Shown: positions 9,101 to 16,987 of the stretch, one piece after another
Position numbering within the stretch: the stretch's first letter is position 1
Layout of the letters: each line of letters starts with the position of its first letter
From: Pontibacterium sp.
GTDB lineage: Bacteria; Pseudomonadota; Gammaproteobacteria; Pseudomonadales; Balneatricaceae
DNA: 24,000 nucleotides
Assembly: GCA_049603715.1 (NCBI GenBank)
Contig: JBMYSW010000013.1
Coordinates: 66,217-90,216 of the forward strand
Direction: 5' to 3'
Notes under the pieces: model-generated
What the model was told of the DNA's origin: nothing
The model's input: the letters and a program-made list of their open reading frames with translations, nothing else
Databases searched by the model: none
Made by a program: the position numbers and the translations under genes

Positions 9101-10967
9101 CGATATGTCTGGCGATGTATTTGGTAACGGCATGTTGCTGTCCGAGACCATTCAGCTGGTTGCGGCCTTTAACCACTTACATATCTTTGTGGATCCAAAC
9201 CCTGATGCGGCTAAGTCCTTCAAAGAGCGTGAGCGCATGTTTGCCTTACCACGTTCGACTTGGGCGGACTATGACACCAAACTCATGAGCAAAGGCGGCG
9301 GTATCTTCTCTCGTAGTGCTAAGTCCATTGATATTAGCCCTGAGATCGCTAAACGCTTTGATATCACTGAAAAACGCTTGTCGCCTAACGAGTTATTGGG
9401 TTACATCTTGCGTGCTCGTGTTGATATGGTTTGGAACGGCGGTATCGGTACTTATGTTAAAAGTACGGCGGAAAGTCATGCCGATGTGGGCGATAAAGCC
9501 AACGATGCGATTCGTATTAATGGTAACCAGCTGCGCTGCAAAGTGTTGGGTGAGGGCGGTAACCTAGGTTTCACACAATTGGGTCGTGTGGAGTTTGCCA
9601 AAACCGGCGGTGCCGCAAACACCGACTTTATCGACAACGCAGGTGGCGTAGACTGTTCTGACCACGAGGTTAACATCAAAATCCTGTTGAACTCGGTTGT
9701 TGAGCAGGGCGACCTGACGGTTAAGCAGCGTAACCAAATTCTAGAGGACATGACCGACGAAGTGTCTGATTTGGTGCTCACCAATAACTACCGTCAGGCG
9801 CAAGCTTTGAGTATTGCCAAGGTGCATGCGCAAGAGTCCCTCGATGACTACATTCGCTTGATGAACAGCTTGGAGAAACAAGGCAAGCTTGACCCAGCGC
9901 TTGAGTACCTGCCAACCGAGGGCGACCTTCGCAGTCGAGTGAAAGACGGTGGCCAACTCACGCGCCCTGAGCTGTCGGTATTGATCTCTTACGCCAAAAT
10001 CGACATCAAGCAGGCCCTAGTGGACAGCTGGTTGACGGAAGATAAAACCATTCAATACGAGATGACAGGCGCCTTTCCTGCATCCTTGGTTGAAAAATAC
10101 CCTGCAGGTGTATTCGAACACCGCATGCGCAAAGAAATCGTTGCGAACCAAATTGCTAACGACATTGCTAACCGCATGGGTATTACCTTTGCCTTTAACC
10201 TGAAATCAGTGACTGGCTTGGGTTACACCGAGATTGCAGCGGCTTACCTCTGTGCCCGTACCATCTTTGATGTCAAAGCCCAGTGGCGTGCCATTGAGGG
10301 GCTAGACAATCAGGTGCCAAATGCCGTGCAGGTGGAGATGATGCGCGATGTAATTCGCTTGCTGACCCGCACCACCTACTGGTTGTTGCGTAATCACGGT
10401 GATGCACTGGCCTCTGAAACCTTGATGAGCGGCTACCAAGAAGAGATCAACGGCTTAATCCACAACGCTGAAGCCTTGGGCGAGGTAGTACCTGATAGTC
10501 GCTGGCGTACCAAGTTCGACCGCTACGTTGAGGCGGGTGTGCCGAACGACCTTGCTGCCTACTGTGCCGCGTCAGAAAGCCTCTACTGGATGCTTGATAT
10601 CGTTGATATCGCTGGTGAACAGGGTGCCGCCATTGATGTGGTGGCTAATTGCTACTTTGGTTTGGGCAGTCAGCTTGACCTTATTTGGCTGGACGACCAG
10701 TTGCGTGAGTATGCACCCGCAAGCCATTGGCAGGCACGTGCGGCCGTGGGCTATCGCGTAGAGCTTGATGGCGAACAGCATCGCTTGTGTAAAGGTATTC
10801 TCGCGGCCTCAGGCAGCAGCGCGATAGAGAAGCTGGATGCCTGGATGGCAGACCGTGAAGGCCCAATTGAGCGTTGGCAGTCTAACTTGGTCGATATCAA
10901 AGCCTCAAGCCTAGACGACAGTGCCATTTTTGCTGTGGCCTTGTCTGCTTTGTCTGAGTTGCGTTAG
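6171..10967 (+). CDS. gdhB: NAD-specific glutamate dehydrogenase, large (about 180 kDa) class
   Basis: A single ORF of about 1600 aa with the central GDH catalytic core (VPTGAKGCF, VVAADKGTATFSD, GITAKGAWESV, GIGDMSGDVFGNGML, EGGNLGFTQLGR). The preferred start is the ATG at 6171 (MLDLITL), with GGAGG 10 nt upstream. The track start at 6108 adds 21 aa and has no SD. Confidence 0.9.
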   Translation: MLDLITLTKSQIIDLIAEKLIDRAGESHAEAMRVFVDQFFCVSAPDELRQSDLEYLCDSAYSYWQVQFDFDATKPDIRVFNPDFAEHGWHSKHTIVQVHMADMPFLVDSIRMELNRRNIGIFSINNCVLAVERQGTQLVNLSRAKDKTKNQSLESIIHIEVDRQTKGEPLVDLADSLKDILAEVEDSVGDFKAMLSKVETAKADLAGARKQFDDVDEHNALIDWLVDDHFIFLGYEFLTNEGDNDKPALKCVPESRLGLQKRYYETPDSLQAEQDAGLLDEVCVCRFGKDRFKSRVHRPAYRDLIALKAFDKKGNFIGKHRFYGLYTSPVFVTPPRKIPVIREKIKQILDDCEFEVGGHSYKALAQILTDIPREELILASVEKLEATSLGIFNMQERRQAGLFVRKDSSKRYYSCLYYIPTDLYTTELRNRVEHILKQGFGAHDVEATAQISQTLLSRTHFVLYVDPSNQGEVDPAPVEARVLEISRSWEDELQSSLAEALGEEQGSVAYQNYRGGFSAAYQEAFSPGNAVTDIQHCEQVDHESGLLMRFYINPDNQSQTLRFKLYNPVGALVLSDAIPVLENFGLRVLSEHPFVVHTRSGETCWISDFEVTHNHGDALNLAQFKKPIEDAFTQIWAGRAVSDKFNRLILSAQLHWRDAAMLRAISRYIKQLKFGYSQPFMADVLERNGDITKALVALFKCRFDPAGDQSETRADELRAQISEALDQVASLDDDKILRRFVDVISAVSRTNFYQVDEDGEYKDYFSFKVHTQSLADIPKPKPKFEIYVYAPWMEGVHLRAGSVARGGLRWSDRVEDYRTEVLGLVKAQQVKNSVIVPTGAKGCFICKQMPSNASREEMQAEGIRCYKTFIRGLLDITDNRRGDEIIPPQNVVRHDGDDPYLVVAADKGTATFSDIANGLAEEYGFWLGDAFASGGSQGYDHKGMGITAKGAWESVKRHFREFGVNTQTDEFTVVGIGDMSGDVFGNGMLLSETIQLVAAFNHLHIFVDPNPDAAKSFKERERMFALPRSTWADYDTKLMSKGGGIFSRSAKSIDISPEIAKRFDITEKRLSPNELLGYILRARVDMVWNGGIGTYVKSTAESHADVGDKANDAIRINGNQLRCKVLGEGGNLGFTQLGRVEFAKTGGAANTDFIDNAGGVDCSDHEVNIKILLNSVVEQGDLTVKQRNQILEDMTDEVSDLVLTNNYRQAQALSIAKVHAQESLDDYIRLMNSLEKQGKLDPALEYLPTEGDLRSRVKDGGQLTRPELSVLISYAKIDIKQALVDSWLTEDKTIQYEMTGAFPASLVEKYPAGVFEHRMRKEIVANQIANDIANRMGITFAFNLKSVTGLGYTEIAAAYLCARTIFDVKAQWRAIEGLDNQVPNAVQVEMMRDVIRLLTRTTYWLLRNHGDALASETLMSGYQEEINGLIHNAEALGEVVPDSRWRTKFDRYVEAGVPNDLAAYCAASESLYWMLDIVDIAGEQGAAIDVVANCYFGLGSQLDLIWLDDQLREYAPASHWQARAAVGYRVELDGEQHRLCKGILAASGSSAIEKLDAWMADREGPIERWQSNLVDIKASSLDDSAIFAVALSALSELR

Positions 10968-11003
10968 GTCTAGCTAGCGTTAAACGCTGTTTAATCAGCT
11001 CTA

Positions 11004-11038
11004 AGCCCCTTTTCTTGGTTAAGAGGAGGGGCTTTTTA
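11004..11038 (+). terminator. intrinsic terminator of the glutamate dehydrogenase gene
   Basis: AGCCCCTTTTCTT / GGTT / AAGAGGAGGGGCT forms a 13-bp stem (two G-U pairs) followed by TTTTTATT. Confidence 0.7.
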
Positions 11039-11349
11039 TTGTGCTTTATGCGGACGGTGAAAAGAGGTAGTGGCAAACTCCTCATAAGAAGACGCGATAA
11101 ACCCTAACAATAAGCGTATGATCGGTTTATGTGCACATTATTAGCCTTTTAAAAGGTCTTGTGCTTTTTTATGGTGCGTTATTGTTTGTCTGATTAAAGA
11201 GTTATGGGGATATAAGCTAATTATTTACGTGATAAATGGATTTTTATATCTTGGCCTTTTTATTGCTTATATTAATTGTGTCTAAGTTGGTATTGGCTCT
11301 TAGCCGTTTTAATGGCGTTTTATTATCTGGCTTTTATGGCGTAATAAAA

Positions 11350-11378
11350 TTGAAGCCGGTAAAACCATGTGCTAATTT
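11350..11378 (+). promoter_or_regulatory. candidate tna operon promoter
   Basis: TTGAAG (11350-11355), a 17-nt spacer, then TAATTT (11373-11378) with TG at the extended -10 position (11370-11371). This is about 55 nt upstream of tnaC. I could not find a convincing CRP half-site pair upstream. Confidence 0.3.
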
Positions 11379-11433
11379 GGATTTTCGAATTAACTCTAAC
11401 CTCTATTCCTGACTAAGTTGAAGGATGTTTATT

Positions 11434-11505
11434 ATGATTTATACAAACGATATAAGTCATTGGATAACCCAAGATTTCAAAATCGCCTTCTTTTTCCCTG
11501 CCTAG
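11434..11505 (+). CDS. tnaC: TnaC-type tryptophan-sensing leader peptide (23 aa, not in the ORF track)
   Basis: ATG ATT TAT ACA AAC GAT ATA AGT CAT TGG ATA ACC CAA GAT TTC AAA ATC GCC TTC TTT TTC CCT GCC TAG translates to MIYTNDISHWITQDFKIAFFFPA. The W10-x3-D14-x-K-I-x4-P22 pattern reproduces the spacing of E. coli TnaC W12/D16/K18-I19/P24. AAGGA lies 8 nt upstream. An in-frame ATG at 11425 would add MFI. Confidence 0.7.
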   Translation: MIYTNDISHWITQDFKIAFFFPA

Positions 11506-11874
11506 TTTCCCTTTGGTGGCGCGGTCTTGCGCGCAATAGGGGTGCTGCACTTGCTCTCTGAGCTCATGGCCCACTTGGCCATGCCAAAGATAGCTGGCCC
11601 ACGGTTAGCTGCATCACTTCTCACCATATAAATGCACATACAAAATTACTGTTTGCACCCTCAAAGGTTTTAGGGCTAATGCGTGTCGCATCAGCTTTGA
11701 GCTTTGAATTTAGTTTGGCTTTTGATTTGGTTTTTAAATTGGCTGAACTGCTTATTCAAAAAGGGCGTTTGCTTTTTTATGGGTTTTAAAATAAACCCAG
11801 GGGCACACTTATGCCTAAATTTTTTGTATGCGCTTAAAAACAATTAACAACCTTTGTTTTTAACGGAACCTATA
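11506..11874 (+). promoter_or_regulatory. tnaC-tnaA leader/spacer; presumed transcription-attenuation region
   Basis: A 369-nt untranslated spacer. A C-rich, G-poor tract straddles the tnaC stop (TCGCCTTCTTTTTCCCTGCCTAGTTTCCCTTT), which is rut-like. Small hairpins occur at 11519-11534 (GCGCG/CGCGC) and 11565-11583 (CATGGCC/GGCCATG). No hairpin-plus-T-run terminator is seen. Confidence 0.4.
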
Positions 11875-13335
11875 ATGGAAAACTTTAAACACCTACCTGA
11901 ACCTTTTCGTATCCGAGTCATTGAGCCTGTTAAACGCACAACCCGTGCTCACCGCGAACAGGCCATTATCAACGCGGGCATGAACCCATTTTTGCTTGAT
12001 AGCGAAGATGTATTCGTGGACTTGCTCACCGATAGCGGAACAGGGGCGATTACCCAAGAGATGCAGGCGGCGATGTTTCGTGGCGACGAGGCGTACAGTG
12101 GAAGTCGAAGCTACCATGCATTGCAGCAGGCGGTTGACGATATCTTTGGTTACCAATACACCATACCTACGCACCAAGGGCGAGGTGCCGAGCAAATCTA
12201 CATTCCGGTGCTGATTAAAAAGCGCGAACAGGAAAAAGGGCTGGATCGGAGCAAAATGGTGGCGCTATCTAACTATTTTTTTGATACCACCCAAGGTCAT
12301 ACCCAACTGAACTGCTGTGTCGCGAAAAACGTTTACACCAACGAAGCCTTCGACACCTCTATTGATGCCGACTTTAAAGGAAACTTTGATCTTGAAAAGC
12401 TAGAGGCAGCTATCTTAGAAGTGGGCGCGGCCAATGTGCCTTACATCGTCAGCACCATTACCTGTAACTCGGCCGGTGGTCAGCCAGTATCGTTGGCAAA
12501 CCTTAAAGGGGTTTATGAAATTGCTCGCCGTTATGATATCCCCGTCGTGATGGACTCAGCGCGTTTCGCTGAAAATGCGTTTTTTATTCAGCAACGCGAG
12601 CCTGAATATGCTAGTTGGTCGATTCAAGAAATTACCAAAGAAAGCTACAAATACGCGGATGCCTTGGCGATGTCGGCAAAAAAAGACGCCATGGTGCAAA
12701 TGGGCGGCTTGTTATGCTTTAAAGACGACTCTCTGTTTGATGTGTATACCGAGTGTCGCACCCTGTGTGTGGTGCAAGAGGGGTTTCCCACCTATGGTGG
12801 GTTAGAAGGCGGTGCAATGGAGCGCTTGGCCGTAGGCTTGTATGAAGGCATGCGCCAAGATTGGTTGGCTTATCGCGTCGGGCAAATTCAGTACTTGGTG
12901 GACAAACTAGAAAATATTGGCATTATCTGCCAGCAAGCGGGGGGCCATGCCGCGTTTGTTGATGCGGGTAAACTTTTGCCACATATTCCGTCGGAGCAGT
13001 TTCCGGCACATGCGCTAGCTTGTGAACTCTATAAAGTGGCGGGTATTCGCGCTGTAGAGATCGGCTCGTTACTGCTAGGGCGCGACCCTGTAACGGGCAA
13101 GCAGCACCCATGCCCGGCTGAGCTATTGCGTTTGACCATTCCGCGAGCAACCTACACGCAAACGCATATGGACTTTATTGTTGAAGCGTTTGAGGCGGTT
13201 AAGGCAAATGCGGCCAATGTGAAGGGACTAACCTTTACCTACGAACCACCAGTTTTGCGACACTTTACTGCACGCTTGCAAGAAGTAGAACCGGTTCAAA
13301 AAGCCCATGCAGAAAAGGTCGCTGAGCTTGTTTAA
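11875..13335 (+). CDS. tnaA: tryptophanase (tryptophan indole-lyase)
   Basis: The N-terminus [25 protein letters not shown] is identical to my recollection of E. coli TnaA. Similarity stays high throughout, including the PLP-lysine context [10 protein letters not shown]. The real start is the ATG at 11875; the track's TTG at 11854 adds 7 aa. Confidence 0.95.
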   Translation: MENFKHLPEPFRIRVIEPVKRTTRAHREQAIINAGMNPFLLDSEDVFVDLLTDSGTGAITQEMQAAMFRGDEAYSGSRSYHALQQAVDDIFGYQYTIPTHQGRGAEQIYIPVLIKKREQEKGLDRSKMVALSNYFFDTTQGHTQLNCCVAKNVYTNEAFDTSIDADFKGNFDLEKLEAAILEVGAANVPYIVSTITCNSAGGQPVSLANLKGVYEIARRYDIPVVMDSARFAENAFFIQQREPEYASWSIQEITKESYKYADALAMSAKKDAMVQMGGLLCFKDDSLFDVYTECRTLCVVQEGFPTYGGLEGGAMERLAVGLYEGMRQDWLAYRVGQIQYLVDKLENIGIICQQAGGHAAFVDAGKLLPHIPSEQFPAHALACELYKVAGIRAVEIGSLLLGRDPVTGKQHPCPAELLRLTIPRATYTQTHMDFIVEAFEAVKANAANVKGLTFTYEPPVLRHFTARLQEVEPVQKAHAEKVAELV

Positions 13336-13346
13336 ATAACGTTTGA

Positions 13347-13371
13347 GCGCAACCCACGGGTTGCGCTTTTT
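13347..13371 (+). terminator. intra-operon hairpin plus T-run between tnaA and tnaB
   Basis: GCGCAACC / CACG / GGTTGCGC (8-bp GC-rich stem) followed by TTTTT, located 12 nt after the tnaA stop and 36 nt before the tnaB start. Confidence 0.55.
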
Positions 13372-13406
13372 ATTGATGTAAAAGATGTATAAAAAGGAAT
13401 AAAACA

Positions 13407-14630
13407 ATGGAAAAGAATCCGTCGTTATTAGGTGGCGCCTGTATAGTCGCGAGTGTTTGTGTTGGGGCGGGTATGCTTGGTTTGCCCAGCGCAGGGGCCG
13501 GTACATGGACAATCGGCTCTATACTGGCCATTTTGATTACCATGGCGGTGATGACTGTATCTGGCTGGATGCTGTTAGAGGCTTTTAAAAACTACGATTT
13601 AAAAGTGTCGTTTAATACGGTGACTGCTGACCTATTGGGTAAAAAAGTTAACTTTGTTAATAACCTTGCGGTGTACTTTGTGGGAGGCATTTTACTCTAT
13701 GCCTACATCACCTCGTCGGGCCTGATTATTAACGACCTACTCGATATTAATAGCAAAGTTGCATCGGTCGTATTTGTAGCGGTGTTTTCGGCACTGGTAT
13801 GGCATTCAACTCGTGCTGTAGATCGGATCTCGGTGTTGCTAATTATCTTTATGGTATTGAGCTTTACCTTTGGTATCTCTGGCCTTGCGATCAACATCGA
13901 TGTTGCCACGCTCTTTGATACGGCAAGCGTTGAGTCCGAATACGCGCCTTACCTTTTAGCCATGTTTCCGGTTGCGCTTACATCATTTGGCTATCATCAC
14001 TCAGTAACGACCATGCGTGCTTACTATGGTGAAGAGCAAAAAGCCAAGTACGCCATTTTGGGTGGAACGGTGATCGCTTCTGTTCTTTATTTACTCTGGT
14101 TAGTGAGCATCTTTGGCAACTTGCCGCGAGTAGATTTTGGCCCCGTGATTGCGCAGGGCGGTAACGTGGATGTGCTGTTAAATGCATTAGGATCTGTGAT
14201 TGAGTCAGACAAAGTCAGCCAAGCCATTAATGCTTTTTCGATGGCTGCTATTTTGTCCTCGTTTATTGGCGTTGGGTTGGGCGTGTTTGACTTTATGGCC
14301 GACCTCTTTAAGTTTGACGATACGCGCAAGGGCCGCGCGAAGACATGGGGTGTTACTTTTTTACCCCCGCTGGTTTTGTCGGTGCTGTTTCCGTTTGGCT
14401 TTGTTACGGCCATTGGTTACGCAGGTGCGGTTGCGACTATTTGGACTTGTATCATTCCGGCACTGTTGGTGATGCAGGCACGAAAAAAATCGTCAGATAC
14501 CTCAAATAATAACGGATTTCGTGCGCCAGGTGGGCAGCCTATGCTCATCGCTGTGTTAGTATTCGGCGTTTTGACGGCTGCCTTCCATTTTATGTCGATG
14601 ATGGGGCTGCTTCCGATGTATACCGGCTAA
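13407..14630 (+). CDS. tnaB: aromatic amino acid (tryptophan) permease, TnaB/Mtr/TyrP (HAAAP) family
   Basis: 407 aa and polytopic. The N-terminus [23 protein letters not shown] is typical of Mtr/TnaB. It lies immediately downstream of tnaA, with the RBS AAGGA. Confidence 0.85.
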   Translation: MEKNPSLLGGACIVASVCVGAGMLGLPSAGAGTWTIGSILAILITMAVMTVSGWMLLEAFKNYDLKVSFNTVTADLLGKKVNFVNNLAVYFVGGILLYAYITSSGLIINDLLDINSKVASVVFVAVFSALVWHSTRAVDRISVLLIIFMVLSFTFGISGLAINIDVATLFDTASVESEYAPYLLAMFPVALTSFGYHHSVTTMRAYYGEEQKAKYAILGGTVIASVLYLLWLVSIFGNLPRVDFGPVIAQGGNVDVLLNALGSVIESDKVSQAINAFSMAAILSSFIGVGLGVFDFMADLFKFDDTRKGRAKTWGVTFLPPLVLSVLFPFGFVTAIGYAGAVATIWTCIIPALLVMQARKKSSDTSNNNGFRAPGGQPMLIAVLVFGVLTAAFHFMSMMGLLPMYTG

Positions 14631-14650
14631 TTGGCCGAAAAGGTAAAGCG

Positions 14651-14998
14651 ATGACAGTTGAACGAATTGAATCTACAGAGCGAATGAGTCGCATTGTTAA
14701 GCACAACGGCACCATTTATTTATGTGGCCAAACCGCAGGTGATGCAGCGTGGGATATCACTGAGCAAACTGAGCGTTGCTTGGCCAAGATTGACGACCTG
14801 CTTGCCAAAGCGGGCTCGCACCGCGACAAGCTGTTGTCGGTAACGATTTACCTTCGTGATATGAAGGACTTTCAAGCGATGAACAAGGTGTGGGATGCAT
14901 GGGTGGCTGATGGCGAAAAACCCGCTCGCGCTTGTGTTGAAGCCCGCATGGCGCGAGATGTGATTTTGGTTGAAATGACCGTAACGGCTGCACAATAA
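14651..14998 (+). CDS. YjgF/RidA-family protein, YoaB-like
   Basis: 115 aa resembling E. coli YoaB ([24 protein letters not shown]). It retains the Arg in PARACVEA that corresponds to the RidA imine-binding Arg (PARSCVEV). It starts 20 nt after tnaB, and a strong terminator follows it. Confidence 0.85.
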   Translation: MTVERIESTERMSRIVKHNGTIYLCGQTAGDAAWDITEQTERCLAKIDDLLAKAGSHRDKLLSVTIYLRDMKDFQAMNKVWDAWVADGEKPARACVEARMARDVILVEMTVTAAQ

Positions 14999-15025
14999 GC
15001 CTTTGCTTGTATGGCGACATATAAA

Positions 15026-15054
15026 CGCTGCTCAGTGATGAGCAGCGTTTTTTT
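15026..15054 (+). terminator. intrinsic terminator closing the tna-rid operon
   Basis: CGCTGCTCA / GTGA / TGAGCAGCG forms a perfect 9-bp stem followed by seven Ts. Confidence 0.8.
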
Positions 15055-15084
15055 ATGCCTTAGTGTTGTTAATAGCTTTATAAA

Positions 15085-16008
15085 CTACTTTGCTTTAACG
15101 GGAGACGCATCCAGTCGCTTGTTGGCTTCAAACCAAGGTTGGGCGTTTAAATATTCCGTTAAGCTCGCTTCAAAGGCAAGACACCGTGCGGATCGTGCGT
15201 GTCGCGTAGGCCAAACGTAAAAGACATCCCTTGATGCGCCACGCCAATCGGGTATTAGCTCCACGAGTTTACCGTCGTTGAGCTGCTGCTGAATTTGGCT
15301 AATGGGAAGCATGGCCATGGCTTGGCCGCTCACTGCAAACGTCGTTAATAGGTTCAGGTCATTGGCGACATACTGGTGGTGTTTATTTAGTGTATAGGTC
15401 GCTTGGTCGTTATGGAGTGTCCATGCTTACGACAAAAGCAATGAAGCCGAAGGCAGTGCTGCTAGGTCTTTGGGGTGGTTTACTTTTGTAAAGCGCTCAA
15501 TAAATGCTGGGCTCGCCACTAAGCGGGTTTGTATTTTTCCAACCCGCCGCTGAATCAGGGATTCGTCAGTTACCTTTCCTACGCGAATGGCGATTTCGGC
15601 CTGCGATGCCCTTAAGTCAATGGTTTGGTTTTGGGCGTCAATACGCAAATCAATATCAGGGTATTGCTGAGCAAATAGCGGCCAGAAAGGCGCAAGAGGC
15701 GTGGTGGCAAGGTTACCCGGCATAAGGACTCGCAAGCTGCCTGTATATTGATTGTGGGTTTGATCGAGGTCTTGAATCACTTCGCTAAGGGCCTCGATGT
15801 GCTGTTGGCAGCGGTGATAATATGCTTCGCCTTCCAAGGTGAGCTGCAGTCCTCGCGACGATCGGTGGAGTAGGGAGCGACCTAGCTGTTTTTCAAGCCC
15901 ATCGAGGCGCCGTGAAACCGTCGCGGTTGTGCTGCCCAGTTGCTCCGCCGCTTTTGTTAAGCTTCCGGCGTTTACGCAAGTAATAAACCATTTTAAGTCG
16001 TCTAGCAT
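15085..16008 (-). pseudogene. LysR-family transcriptional regulator interrupted by one in-frame TAA
   Basis: The 193-aa ORF carries the HTH (SLTKAAEQLGSTTATVSRRLDGLEKQLG) and the start of the effector domain. It ends at a TAA (15427-15429). The same frame continues as AWTLHNDQATYTLNKHHQYVANDLNLLTTFAVSGQAMAMLPI into the 82-aa ORF, and 15429-15333 = 96 nt, a multiple of 3. Together they give a normal LysR of about 307 aa. Confidence 0.8.
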
Positions 16009-16168
16009 TGGGCATCCTTAGCAGTTAAGTGGAATGTGATCGTTACACAATTGTAATCATAGCTCTTAATTTTTAGTATTCTTACAAAAACATAACGCTC
16101 TTAGACTTGGTAGGGTGAATAAGGCATTCGTCCGAACAAAATGCCTTGCCAACCAAGAGGAGTTTAAA

Positions 16169-16456
16169 ATGAGTGATGTACCTTACTTTCATGTGGCTGA
16201 AATCAAAGCAACCCATGACGATTTAGTAGCGATTCGCACCGCATTAGCGGCGCTTATCCCACCGACGTTAAAGGAGGAAGGGTGTTTGGCGTTTGATATT
16301 CGAGAGAGTGACGAAAAAGAAGGGCACTTTATTCTTTGGGAAGCGTGGACTACCAAAGAGGCTTTAAACCGACACTTTGAAGAGCCCCATACTTCTGCCT
16401 ATATTGCAAAAGGTTGGACAGAACTAGTGTCGTTGACGGAGCTAAAGAGCCTATAA
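16169..16456 (+). CDS. antibiotic-biosynthesis-monooxygenase (ABM) domain protein, YgiN-like
   Basis: TLKEEGCLAF and HFEEPHTSAY resemble YgiN VLKEEGCHGY and HLQTPHMKAY. The preferred start is the ATG at 16169, with GAGGAG 7 nt upstream. The gene is divergent from the LysR gene. Confidence 0.8.
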   Translation: MSDVPYFHVAEIKATHDDLVAIRTALAALIPPTLKEEGCLAFDIRESDEKEGHFILWEAWTTKEALNRHFEEPHTSAYIAKGWTELVSLTELKSL

Positions 16457-16511
16457 GCTCCCAGAGGGTATTGGTGGTTTAACTCGCTCAAATCCCTATC
16501 AAAAAGTTAGC

Positions 16512-16536
16512 CGCCAGCCATGCTGGCGCTTTTTAT
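16512..16536 (+). terminator. intrinsic terminator after the ABM gene
   Basis: CGCCAGC / CAT / GCTGGCG followed by CTTTTTATTT. Confidence 0.6.
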
Positions 16537-16569
16537 TTGTTTAGTAACTTAATGCTTTTGGAAGAGAAT

Positions 16570-16791
16570 ATGATCGACAAAAAATACACTAAGTATGTGT
16601 TTATGTTTTTAATGGCGTTGATTATGTCGTGTGTGATGTCGCTGGTCATTACCTTGTTTAGTATGGGCTTGGTAGAAGGTGTTTTTGTTCAGTGGTTTAA
16701 GGCTTGGCTGTTTGCGTTTGTAGTGGCCTTGCCTACCTTGTTAGTGGTGGTGCCTTTGGTAAACCGCTTGGTTGCTAAGGTGGTGGTTTAA
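16570..16791 (+). CDS. DUF2798-type small membrane protein (paralog 1)
   Basis: 73 aa, MIDKKYTKYVFMFLMALIMSCVMSLVITL...WFKAWLFAFVVALP, with two hydrophobic helices. It aligns end to end with 18567-18797. The track's TTG start at 16537 lies in the upstream terminator T-run. The ATG at 16570 has GGAAGAG upstream. Confidence 0.7.
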   Translation: MIDKKYTKYVFMFLMALIMSCVMSLVITLFSMGLVEGVFVQWFKAWLFAFVVALPTLLVVVPLVNRLVAKVVV

Positions 16792-16987
16792 AGCTTTAAG
16801 TTAACTGTAAACGCTGTGCTCAAACGGCTACGTAATAGGTATTTGGAGCACGGGCTGGCTTAATCCTTATGGTCAAAAATACGTTTGTTTGTAGGCGTAT
16901 TTGCTATGAATCGTCATGTTTTACCGATAGTCTACTAAAGTCTAATTCGTGATTAGGCGTGCAGTGAATGGGTAAAAGGAGAGCGAA

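Noticed and set aside
11100-11350. Search for a CRP/CAP site (TGTGA-N6-TCACA) upstream of the tna promoter, as in E. coli
   Set aside because: Only isolated TGTG half-sites were found (e.g. ATGTGCACAT at 11127-11136, TGTGCTAATTTGG at 11368). No properly spaced pair was found, so no site is claimed.
11236-11412. 58-aa hydrophobic ORF (MDFYILAFLLLILIVSKLVLALSRFNGVLLSGFYGVIKLKPVKPCANLDFRINSNLYS) just upstream of tnaC
   Set aside because: It has no ribosome-binding site. T-rich non-coding DNA readily yields Phe/Leu/Ile-rich frames. It would also overlap the best promoter candidate for tnaC. It is worth a Ribo-seq look but is not supported.
11163-11782. Repeated T-rich words (GCTTTTTTATGG at 11163 and 11771; TTTTATGGCG / TTTTAATGGCG at about 11305-11341)
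   Set aside because: These are short, low-complexity matches in a very AT-rich region with no consistent spacing or symmetry. They are probably compositional.
11679-11789. 36-aa ORF (MRVASALSFEFSLAFDLVFKLAELLIQKGRLLFYGF) inside the tnaC-tnaA spacer
   Set aside because: Only a weak AGGG upstream and no recognisable family. It is plausibly a chance frame in the leader and cannot be supported without conservation or translation data.
16537-16569. TTG start at 16537 (and ATG at 16552) for DUF2798 paralog 1
   Set aside because: 16537 lies in the T-run of the preceding terminator. Alignment with paralog 2 begins exactly at the MI of the ATG at 16570, which also has the better RBS.
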